In this document: one piece after another, positions 7,048-15,463 of the stretch | How the letters are laid out: every line of letters begins with the position of its first letter | Position numbering within the stretch: the stretch's first letter is position 1 | Sequence record: MW149275.1 | Direction: 5' to 3' (one strand) | From: Salmonella phage vB_SalS_ABTNLsp9 | Length of the DNA: 32,000 bases | Made by a program: the position numbers and the translations under genes | Notes under the pieces: generated by a model | What the model was told of the DNA's origin: nothing | Seen by the model: the letters and a program-made list of their open reading frames with translations, nothing else | Database searches by the model: none

Positions 7048-8712
7048 ATGATTATTTCCGCAGAAAAACAATCCCAGATCATTAAACTAGCCGCTGACTT
7101 TAATTTCTATGGTAAACGTCTGCGCGCTACTAAATTGGAGGTCTGCGACGATATTTCTAAAGCGGTATATGATACAACAAAACACTCTACCGCAATTTGT
7201 GATTGGTTAGAAGCAAATAAACCAGCAAAACCGAAAACGGCAAAAGTAGCAAAAGCTATTAAAAACGACGAGCGCCCCGAAGCGGCTGGGATTGTTTCTA
7301 GTACCGTGGAACAGTGGGAAGTAAAACAAGGCAAACGCTTTATTATTACATCAATTCAAAATAATACTTTCCCGCATAAAAACTTTTTAGCCTCGCTTGA
7401 ACAATATGCTAAATTTATCGGCGCTGATTTGCTTGTTTCTAAGTATGTTTATAATAAAAACGGCTTCCAGAACGGTGAAGGCGCTGACGGTGTAAAATAT
7501 GACCCCGCTTTTGATAAATATATTTGCAGCAAAAACGTGTTTTTGAATAATCGCCGTTTCGCTTTCATGGCCGAGATTAACGTGCTACCAACCGCAGATT
7601 ATCCGCTATCTGGATTTGCAGAAACTGCAACCGCGCTTAATCTGGAAGGTCTGGCAATTGGTCACGCTAAAATTACAGCCGAAAGTGTGCCAGCTCTCAA
7701 AGGTGAAGTAGTACGCCGCATGTACTCAACCGGAACGGCAACGCTTAAAAACTACATTCAGCAAAAAGCAGGGCAAAAAGCTGAGGCGCTGCATAATTAC
7801 GGCGCGCTGATCGTCGAGTTCGACGAAGACGGTGAGTTTTTTGTGCGCCAGCTTGAAACAATGGACGAAAGCGGCATGTTTTACGATTTGAATATTTGCG
7901 CCACCCCCGCCGGATGTTTTGAAACGTCGGGGCATGTTTTAGGCTTGCAATATGGCGACGTGCACGCTGAAAAATTAGATGAGGAGTGCGCCGTTGCGTC
8001 ATGGGCTGGCGAAAATAGCTTGCTTGATATTCTTAAACCAAAATATCAGTTTATCCATGACGTGCATGATTTTACATCGCGCAATCATCATAATCGCGCC
8101 TCTGGTGTATTCCTGGCGAAACAGTATGCAGCCGGACGTGATAAGGTTATGGATGATTTGATCGATACGGGGCGCGTACTAGAATCAATGGAGCGCGATT
8201 TTAGTCAAACGATCATTGTCGAATCGAATCACGATTTGGCGCTATCTCGTTGGCTTGATGATCGTAATGCTAACATTAAAGACGATCCAGCCAACGCCGA
8301 ACTGTATCACCGCCTTAATGCTGCTATCTATGCAGCTATTGCAAGGCAGGATGATACTTTCAACGTGCTAGATTATGCGCTGCGTACGGTTGCAGGTTGC
8401 GAGTTTAACGCGATTTTCCTGACCACTGACCAATCATTTAAAATCGCAGGCATTGAGTGCGGTGTACACGGTCACAACGGCATTAACGGCAGCCGTGGCA
8501 ATCCGAAGCAATTTAAGAAATTGGGCAAGTTAAACACGGGGCACACCCACACCGCCAGCATTTACGGCGGCGTTTATACCGCTGGCGTCGCTGGTTCCCT
8601 AGATATGGGCTATAACGTTGGCGCGTCAAGCTGGACGCAAACGCATTTAATTACATACGCCAACGGGCAGCGCACTTTGATTGACTTTAAAAACGGCAAG
8701 TTTTTCGCATAA
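7048..8712 (+). CDS. A1: T5 A1-like pre-early metallophosphoesterase-type protein (554 aa)
   Basis: Length close to T5 A1; calcineurin-like motifs ESNHD, GVHGHNG and NTGHTHT; synteny with A2 and dmp. Confidence 0.85.
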   Translation: MIISAEKQSQIIKLAADFNFYGKRLRATKLEVCDDISKAVYDTTKHSTAICDWLEANKPAKPKTAKVAKAIKNDERPEAAGIVSSTVEQWEVKQGKRFIITSIQNNTFPHKNFLASLEQYAKFIGADLLVSKYVYNKNGFQNGEGADGVKYDPAFDKYICSKNVFLNNRRFAFMAEINVLPTADYPLSGFAETATALNLEGLAIGHAKITAESVPALKGEVVRRMYSTGTATLKNYIQQKAGQKAEALHNYGALIVEFDEDGEFFVRQLETMDESGMFYDLNICATPAGCFETSGHVLGLQYGDVHAEKLDEECAVASWAGENSLLDILKPKYQFIHDVHDFTSRNHHNRASGVFLAKQYAAGRDKVMDDLIDTGRVLESMERDFSQTIIVESNHDLALSRWLDDRNANIKDDPANAELYHRLNAAIYAAIARQDDTFNVLDYALRTVAGCEFNAIFLTTDQSFKIAGIECGVHGHNGINGSRGNPKQFKKLGKLNTGHTHTASIYGGVYTAGVAGSLDMGYNVGASSWTQTHLITYANGQRTLIDFKNGKFFA

Positions 8713-8720
8713 TTAAATTT

Positions 8721-8746
8721 ATAAGCGGGGTATATACCCCGCTTAT
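8721..8746. repeat. 26-bp perfect palindrome ATAAGCGGGGTATATACCCCGCTTAT
   Basis: Direct reading; no T-run. Confidence 0.9.
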
Positions 8747-8777
8747 GCCCCTTATTAAATTAATTGGAGTTATAAAC

Positions 8778-9170
8778 ATGAAAAAGCAAAATATTCCATT
8801 CGATCGCGCTCAATCTTCCATTGTTCTGGTTTATTCAAATGGTGAGCGTTACCACGTCGAGGCCGGTCACGTTGTTGATGATTTAATCGAGTTTAATGAG
8901 GCGCTACAGATCACGACTTTCGCCTATACGCAAGGCCGCGCTAGTAGTCACATTAAAGCCGCAGGCGTTTATGTTGATACGGTGAAGCAGGAAACGATTA
9001 TCATCGACGCCGTAAAAGCTGGCCTAGCGTTTGCAGTTGTCGCGCCTTGTCCGGCTTGCTTTGATGATCAACTAATGAGCGCGAAGGTATTTACATGCGC
9101 GGGCATTCGTTCCCATGTATCCGGCGAAGATATTAGTTATATCGCTGATGCGTTGGCTTATGGTCTTTAA
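8778..9170 (+). CDS. Hypothetical pre-early protein (130 aa) with CPAC motif
   Basis: Tracked ORF starts at 8745, but the ATG at 8778 follows AATTGGAGTTATAAAC. Confidence 0.75.
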   Translation: MKKQNIPFDRAQSSIVLVYSNGERYHVEAGHVVDDLIEFNEALQITTFAYTQGRASSHIKAAGVYVDTVKQETIIIDAVKAGLAFAVVAPCPACFDDQLMSAKVFTCAGIRSHVSGEDISYIADALAYGL

Positions 9171-9183
9171 TAGTTGATTTATT

Positions 9184-9210
9184 ATTGCCCGCTGATAAAT
9201 AGCGGGCAAT
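9184..9210. repeat. Intergenic hairpin ATTGCCCGCT / AGCGGGCAAT
   Basis: 10-bp perfect arms, 7-nt loop. Confidence 0.9.
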
Positions 9211-9250
9211 GCTAGATAAACTACATCCCTTTAATGGAGAACGTAACAAA

Positions 9251-9985
9251 ATGAGTCAAGTTAAAACGAATATTACCCATAATTTCCCGCATGTTTCCCG
9301 CGTCATGATCTGGGATCTTGATGGCACTATCGTTAATTCATTCCATCGCGTAGCGCCTTGCTTCGATAGTGAGGGTAATCTAGATTTAAATAAGTATAAA
9401 AATGAGGCGTGTAAACATCATTTAATAATGCAAGATACTTTATTGCCTTTGGTGGAATATATGCGCCAATGCATGAATGACGCAAATACTTTAAACATTA
9501 TTTGTACCGCTCGCCTGATGAGCAAATCAGATTATTATTATTTGCGCAAGCAAGGATTGCGCGGGCGTGGGGATAGTAATATCCGTGTATTTTCCCGCGA
9601 TACACTGCATAAATATTTTGAAGCTGATAAGGTTAGCGAGATATACTACAGCAAGGACGCAGTTTATAAATCGTATTATTTTGAATTATTTAAACAATTA
9701 TACCCGAACGCTGATTTTACAATGATTGATGATCATAAAGGTGTATTATCAGCGGCGGCATCATACGGATTTAAAACGTTGGACGCGCAAGCCGTTAATG
9801 ATATTCTATCAATCGGCGTGGCATTGATAGGCGGAACCTTTATTGATGAATCGCTCGAGGATGATAATGATTATCAGTTCCTAGCCGATCGTTTGAAATT
9901 ATGCTGGGAAAGTATGACCGAAGAAGAACGCGCAGAATATAGTTGCAGCCCGCAACAATATATTGAGAAATTAAAAGTTGCGTAA
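9251..9985 (+). CDS. dmp: 5'-deoxyribonucleotidase-like HAD phosphatase (244 aa)
   Basis: HAD motifs DLDGTIVNS, CTAR and IDDHKG; ATG at 9251 follows TGGAGA; synteny with T5 dmp. Confidence 0.85.
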   Translation: MSQVKTNITHNFPHVSRVMIWDLDGTIVNSFHRVAPCFDSEGNLDLNKYKNEACKHHLIMQDTLLPLVEYMRQCMNDANTLNIICTARLMSKSDYYYLRKQGLRGRGDSNIRVFSRDTLHKYFEADKVSEIYYSKDAVYKSYYFELFKQLYPNADFTMIDDHKGVLSAAASYGFKTLDAQAVNDILSIGVALIGGTFIDESLEDDNDYQFLADRLKLCWESMTEEERAEYSCSPQQYIEKLKVA

Positions 9986-9999
9986 TAATTAAAGTTGAA

Positions 10000-10036
10000 A
10001 TAGTCACGGTGTGCAATGATAACATGCCGTGACTAT
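10000..10036. repeat. Inverted repeat ATAGTCACGG / CCGTGACTAT downstream of dmp-like gene
   Basis: 10-bp perfect arms. Confidence 0.85.
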
Positions 10037-10136
10037 TAGCTTGCTAAGTACCGGGCGGTAATGAGACTCATTCTCATCTGGGGGGCCACTGGACACACCT
10101 CCATGTGTAATCTTATGAAATTTGGCAAAAGTCAAA

Positions 10137-10382
10137 TTAGCGCATAGAAGGGTCATCAAACCTGTGTTCTGGTCTGAACTCACGGAATCTCTTCCGCGAC
10201 GCCCGAGATCCATCCGACCACTCCCGCTCAAACTCCGCACGTTTCTCGTCAAACTTCCGCTCCCTTTCCGCAATCTCCCGCGTCACTCCCGCGATATATT
10301 CCCGATGCTTATTGATTGCCGCAGTCGTCCCGAAAACCCCCGCGAGTATCCCGATAATAAAAGCAATTACAATACTAAACAT
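10137..10382 (-). CDS. Small protein with N-terminal TM segment and charged tail (81 aa)
   Basis: GAGGGA ribosome-binding site; overlaps the upstream gene slightly. Confidence 0.7.
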   Translation of the reverse strand: MFSIVIAFIIGILAGVFGTTAAINKHREYIAGVTREIAERERKFDEKRAEFEREWSDGSRASRKRFREFRPEHRFDDPSMR

Positions 10383-10569
10383 CTAATTCCCTCTCAATTT
10401 GCAGAATACGGGTGCTATCACAACGTTGCAGTAGTACTAACTTTTCTATAGTAACTTGTTGTTGTTTCACCTGAGCTTCTAGAGTTTTTAGGCGGAGATA
10501 CACGATACGAGAGACAATGAGGATTACCCAGACTAATATTACTATTAGTGTAACTGCCACTTCCATCAT
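10375..10569 (-). CDS. Small TM/coiled-coil protein (64 aa)
   Basis: CGGAGAAACGTAA leader before ATG. Confidence 0.7.
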   Translation of the reverse strand: MMEVAVTLIVILVWVILIVSRIVYLRLKTLEAQVKQQQVTIEKLVLLQRCDSTRILQIERELDV

Positions 10570-10673
10570 TTACGTTTCTCCGATAGTAAGGTTTCAATTC
10601 TAGCTAGATGATTATCTAAAATACACTGCCCAATAATCACAATCCCCAGTAGTGTAATAATTACCCATTCCAT
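10566..10673 (-). CDS. Very small TM protein (35 aa), not in ORF track
   Basis: Reads MEWVIITLLGIVIIGQCILDNHLARIETLLSEKRK*; TAATG and ATGATG overlaps with its neighbours. Confidence 0.5.
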   Translation of the reverse strand: MEWVIITLLGIVIIGQCILDNHLARIETLLSEKRK

Positions 10674-10810
10674 TAAATCCACCCCGCCATAGCCGCTAAC
10701 CAAAAACCTACGAAAATAAAGAATAAGATAGTTCCGAACCCAAAACTATTTATCCAGCTATCATACACTTCTCCACGTCTGTTCTTTCTTTTATTTGACA
10801 TATCTTTCAT
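10673..10810 (-). CDS. Small TM protein (45 aa), not in ORF track
   Basis: Reads MKDMSNKRKNRRGEVYDSWINSFGFGTILFFIFVGFWLAAMAGWI*; GGGAG ribosome-binding site. Confidence 0.55.
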   Translation of the reverse strand: MKDMSNKRKNRRGEVYDSWINSFGFGTILFFIFVGFWLAAMAGWI

Positions 10811-10962
10811 GCTCCCGTAAATATTTTAAAATTTGTGCACAACCAACCATGCTTGTGACTTCCTAGAGGACTTCTACTTTTCTTACATAGTGGTTTCTGC
10901 CAATATACCGTCCAAGAAATAAAAAATTTAGTTTACTTGGATGTCTTTTTGCTTTATACTAA

Positions 10963-11229
10963 TTACAGGTAGTTAGATTGCTCTAGTTTAAATTTACAAT
11001 CACCATATTTAAGGTCAAACTGACTGAGATCCCACCACCCAAACTTAGTACGGAGCTGTACTACTGGGAAGCGATCTCCCTTAATACGAACTTTTTGAAT
11101 CTTGAGACCGTAATGTTCTTCTCCCGCACCACCAAAAGATTTTACAAATCCAGTACAAAATGGTTTGGGAGCAGGTGCACAACCAGATAACATAACTGCG
11201 GTAACTAGTGCAATCACAAACTTTTTCAT
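10963..11229 (-). CDS. llp: Llp-like receptor-blocking lipoprotein (88 aa)
   Basis: Signal peptide with lipobox (MKKFVIALVTAVMLSGC); located divergently next to the pb5-like gene, as in T5. Confidence 0.8.
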   Translation of the reverse strand: MKKFVIALVTAVMLSGCAPAPKPFCTGFVKSFGGAGEEHYGLKIQKVRIKGDRFPVVQLRTKFGWWDLSQFDLKYGDCKFKLEQSNYL

Positions 11230-11260
11230 ATTTATCTCTCCATTTCTAATTTATGAATCT

Positions 11261-11289
11261 ATTATAGCAAAATAGAGGGATGAAAGCAA
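11261..11289 (-). promoter_or_regulatory. T5 early (PN25-type) promoter for llp
   Basis: Minus strand reads TTTGCTTTCATCCCTCTATTTTGCTATAATAGATTCATAAATT: -35 TTGCTT, 17-bp spacer, -10 TATAAT, and AGATTCATAAATT as in PN25. Confidence 0.9.
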
Positions 11290-11314
11290 ATACATTTTTA
11301 TAATAGGAGATTAT

Positions 11315-13102
11315 ATGGGTTTTTTCGCTGGAAAATATAGCGATGGTAAGACCGTACTATCTTTAAATACTGAATCTGGTGGTGACATTAATCGTCACTA
11401 TAGTCCAAATGCCAATAGTATTTTTCATAGTGATATGCCATTTGTCCTAGTTGATGGTACTTACGAGGCTGGGTTAGGAAATGCTGGAAATGGGTTTTTT
11501 GTATGTCAGATGCCTTCTGACATAATAAATATTAAATCCAACGACCCAGGTAGAGTTATACTAACTGCCATTGAGATTAATGGCACTCATAGGGCTTTTC
11601 TTAATGGTACTCAATCTCAGGTGGGTCAATTCACTGCATTTTTTGAAGACCCACCTATCGGTAGGGCAGGTGCCGAAGTAGGTCTTACGTCAGCTTTTGC
11701 ATCCGGTAACAGCTTAGCACATGGCACCTATATCTATAACTCTGGTTTAGGCCATGAAGAATCAATTGCTAGGCAGGGTACAGGTGGTACCATATCTCAA
11801 GCCTCTGGGTTTAATTTATATAGGCCGGGAGGAGCATATGCTGGTGAGGCTATAGGTAGGGCATGGACTTTAGCAGGATTTCCAGCAGGAGCATCTACAG
11901 TACCTATAGACGGTGGTAATGCTGACTACTGGCATCCTAATTGGCAAGCTCCTATAGGAGCTGCCCATAGAGGGCATAATTGGTTTTACGTTTGTAACTC
12001 TAATATACGAGGTTATGTAGGTAAAAAGGGCACAGTACCGGCTAATGTTAACTTATTGTATCAATCTCCTACTTACCCTGATAAGGTTTATATATGTAAA
12101 GGTTCAACATCTAATCTAGCGGCACAAGCCGCTAAGAAAGTATATGTGCAGGATGGCTATAATATTACACCTACCAAAGTTATTTGGTATGTACTTAATC
12201 TAAGGTATTCTAATGGTAATATGGGTGTATCTGGTAACCCATTTACCGGATCAGATATACTTATAACTCCATCTAATTTTACCATAAAGGGGGTTAGTTT
12301 ACCAAATACTGGATATAAGTTTATTAACCAAAATGCTTTTGGTAACTTAGGTTATAGGCCAGATATGGAGTACATTGGAAATAACGCAGCGTACACTGGA
12401 GCCTTTGGAGATACCACTGCAAGATGTGAACTTGTAGGATCTAGTAATGGATCTTTATGGTCTCCTGTAGATTATGGAGGAGCCAAGTCTCAAATCAGTA
12501 TTTACAAATTCGGAGCAGGTAAGCAATGGTACGTAAACTCAAGTAATAACACTATAGGTAATGAGCATGGAGCTGTGTGGAGTCCTAGTACTGTACCCTT
12601 AAGACTATTTCCTAATAATGTTGCTAGCACTTATGTTGGCGATGATATAACTCCAACATATCCTGGAGCAGGTAACTACTATAGAGCTTTGGCCACCATA
12701 GGATTAGGATTGCCTAATGCTAACGCAACAGTAATATTAACTACTGAAGTTATTATGGGTAATATCAATACGGCTGGAGGAGCCATTCGCACATACGGTG
12801 GTGTTGCTTGGCAAGTACAAGGAAGAAGACAGCATAGTTACACGGAAGGTGATGGAATATTCCATCAAATATTAACCTTACCTCCTGGATACTTAGTCCC
12901 TTATCACTCCACTACTGCGTACAGCTATACTCAAACTTGGGCAAGTAGACCTGATGAGTTAACATTTAGAAGAAACGGATATATTTATACTATTAAAAAT
13001 CTAGGAAATGGTAATGCTGAATTGGGCGTAATTATTCACGCTGATGAGGCTGCAGCTATTTTCCTACCGAGATTAAGAGTAACAGTTCAACGCCTTACCT
13101 AA
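11315..13102 (+). CDS. oad: Receptor-binding tail protein, pb5/oad-like (595 aa)
   Basis: N-terminus MGFFAGK...GGDINRH...FHSDMP...[12 protein letters not shown] and C-terminus LRVTVQRLT resemble T5 pb5; adjacent to llp and terS. Confidence 0.88.
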
Positions 13103-13112
13103 AGGAGGAAAT

Positions 13113-13595
13113 ATGGCAAATGATGTATTAGTACCAGATCTTATGTCCCCTGAAGGGATGGATGTGATTGAAGCTTATTTACAGTGTGGCAGTGATGTGC
13201 CTTCTGCCGCACGTAGTCTTGGGATGTCCGAAATTGCTTTCCGAGATATTATGAATCGTAGTGAAGTTAAGAACTACTTAAATGATATTTTTATGGAGAG
13301 TGGATTCCGTAACAGAGATCGTTTGTTTGGTGTTCTAGATGAAGTTATTAAACGTAAACTAGAGGAACTAGAAGAAACTGGTATGGGTTCTGACCAGGAT
13401 ATTATGGATATTCTCTGGAAAGCACATAAAATGAAGATGGAAGAGATGAAAATGATGGTAGAATTGGAGAAAGTGAAGGCAGCAGCCCGTACTCCAGCTA
13501 ACCAGACCAACATCCAGAATAACATTATTGCTGGAGCTGGGGATCAAAACTACATGGACTTAATTACTTCCCTAGCTACTGGAGGTAAGAAGTAA
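13113..13595 (+). CDS. terS: Terminase small subunit (160 aa)
   Basis: Position directly before TerL; helix-turn-helix-like N-terminus; AAAGGAGG ribosome-binding site. Confidence 0.85.
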
Positions 13596-14911
13596 TGGAA
13601 GTATCAAGACCCTATGTTAATACAGTAGATGTTATAGATTTCGGTATAGATAAACGTTTCTTTCGTCTACCTGTTTCTGGAATACTGGCGCAAGAAGGTA
13701 TTACACCTAATGGTCCTCAAATAGCAATTATTAATGCTCTAGAAGATCCTAGACATCGTTTTGTAACGGCGTGTGTATCACGCCGTGTTGGCAAGTCCTT
13801 TATAGCATATACACTTGGGTTCCTAAAATTGCTGGAACCTAACGTGAAGGTGTTGGTAGTTGCTCCTAACTACTCACTGGCCAACATCGGGTGGTCTCAG
13901 ATTCGTGGTCTTATTAAAAAGTACGGCCTACAAACCGAACGTGAGAATGCTAAGGATAAAGAGATTGAGCTGGCAAACGGCTCACTGTTTAAACTAGCTT
14001 CTGCAGCTCAGGCTGACTCCGCAGTTGGACGTTCATATGACTTTATCATCTTTGACGAGGCGGCAATTTCCGATGTAGGTGGTGATGCCTTTAGAGTTCA
14101 GCTGCGTCCTACTCTAGATAAGCCTAATTCTAAGGCTCTATTTATCTCTACTCCTCGTGGGGGTAACTGGTTTAAAGAGTTTTATGCCTATGGGTTTGAT
14201 GATACATTACCTAACTGGGTATCTATTCATGGTACATATCGTGATAACCCACGTGCTGATCTGAATGACATCGAAGAAGCACGTCGTACAGTTAGTAAAA
14301 ACTACTTCCGTCAGGAATATGAGGCTGACTTCTCCGTATTCGAAGGTCAGATATTTGATACCTTTAATGCCATCGACCATGTTAAAGATCTCAAAGGTAT
14401 GCGTCACTTCTTTAAAGATGATGAAGCATTCGAAACATTGCTTGGCATTGACGTTGGTTATCGTGATCCTACAGCAGTTCTTACTATCAAGTATCACTAT
14501 GATACGGATACTTACTATGTATTAGAAGAGTACCAGCAAGCGGAGAAAACCACAGCTCAGCATGCTGCTTACATTCAGCACTGTATAGATCGTTATAACG
14601 TAGATCGTATCTTCGTTGACTCCGCGGCTGCCCAGTTCCGTCAGGACTTAGCTTATGAACATGAAATTGCATCAGCTCCAGCTAAAAAATCTGTCCTAGA
14701 CGGTCTAGCATGCTTGCAAGCGCTATTCCAGCAGGGTAAGATTATTGTAGATGCTTCATGTTCCTCATTAATCCATGCATTGCAGAACTATAAGTGGGAT
14801 TTCCAAGAAGGTGAAGAAAAATTATCACGTGAAAAACCACGTCATGATGCTAACTCTCACCTTTGTGATGCTCTGCGCTATGGAATTTACTCTATTTCCC
14901 GTGGTAAATAA
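13595..14911 (+). CDS. terL: Terminase large subunit (438 aa)
   Basis: ATPase Walker A-like SRRVGKS, Walker B IIFDEAA, nuclease motif GIDVGYRDPTAV. Confidence 0.95.
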   Translation: MEVSRPYVNTVDVIDFGIDKRFFRLPVSGILAQEGITPNGPQIAIINALEDPRHRFVTACVSRRVGKSFIAYTLGFLKLLEPNVKVLVVAPNYSLANIGWSQIRGLIKKYGLQTERENAKDKEIELANGSLFKLASAAQADSAVGRSYDFIIFDEAAISDVGGDAFRVQLRPTLDKPNSKALFISTPRGGNWFKEFYAYGFDDTLPNWVSIHGTYRDNPRADLNDIEEARRTVSKNYFRQEYEADFSVFEGQIFDTFNAIDHVKDLKGMRHFFKDDEAFETLLGIDVGYRDPTAVLTIKYHYDTDTYYVLEEYQQAEKTTAQHAAYIQHCIDRYNVDRIFVDSAAAQFRQDLAYEHEIASAPAKKSVLDGLACLQALFQQGKIIVDASCSSLIHALQNYKWDFQEGEEKLSREKPRHDANSHLCDALRYGIYSISRGK

Positions 14912-15025
14912 ATAAGTATAGGATGGGATACTACTCAGTTGGTATCCCATTCCTGCATTTTAAAATCCCCTTTACAAATTCGATACGATTATGTATACTA
15001 TATTCATACAGTTGAGGAGAACACT

Positions 15026-15463
15026 ATGGCAAGCAATGTAAAATATAAACGCGATGCTATATCCCTTATGAGAGACGGAATAAAAAGTCAATATAAAAAA
15101 GACTCTCAATGTGCTATCTGCGGTTGTGCTGAAGAATTAGAGCTTCATCATTACCATACGGTGTCTCTACTAGTTAAAAAATTTGCTAAAGAACTCCAAT
15201 TGGATTTCACTGACGAAGAAATAGTCCTTTCAAATAGGACGGCATTCTATGATCGATATAGGCATGAGCTAGTAGAAGACACTGTTACCCTTTGTGTACA
15301 CCATCACCAATTATTACATAAGGTTTACACAAAAGAACCTCCTTTATTTTCTGCTAATAAGCAAAAAGTGTGGGTTCAAAAGCAGAAAGACAAATTACAG
15401 AATCCTCAAGAAAAGACACAAGTCAAGACTGAAACAAAATCAGGATTCGCAAGGTTCTTATAA
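15026..15463 (+). CDS. HNH-type endonuclease (145 aa)
   Basis: CAICG...LELHHYH...TLCVHHHQLLHK. ATG at 15026 follows TTGAGGAGA; the tracked upstream extension lacks a convincing start. Confidence 0.8.
   Translation: MASNVKYKRDAISLMRDGIKSQYKKDSQCAICGCAEELELHHYHTVSLLVKKFAKELQLDFTDEEIVLSNRTAFYDRYRHELVEDTVTLCVHHHQLLHKVYTKEPPLFSANKQKVWVQKQKDKLQNPQEKTQVKTETKSGFARFL

Larger units (their letters stand above)
1..10100. other. Probable T5-like pre-early / first-step-transfer (terminal repeat) region, right boundary approximate
   Basis: Contains A1-like, A2-like and dmp-like genes plus repeat-rich DNA with DnaA boxes. Size agrees with the ~10.1 kb T5 terminal repeat. The second repeat copy is outside the window, so the boundary is inferred. 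Confidence 0.6.

Noticed and set aside
7107-8161. Antisense/alternate ORFs within the A1-like gene (7107..7334, 7726..7935, 7745..8002, 7979..8161)
   Set aside because: Shadow ORFs of a well supported 554-aa gene.
10004-10451. ORFs 10004..10273 (-) and 10122..10451 (+)
   Set aside because: No supporting ribosome-binding site and conflict with the 10137..10382 gene, which fits the leftward operon.
11297-11306. TATAAT upstream of oad as a rightward promoter -10
   Set aside because: It lies within 16 nt of the start codon and overlaps the ribosome-binding site area; more likely incidental to TTATAATAGGAG.
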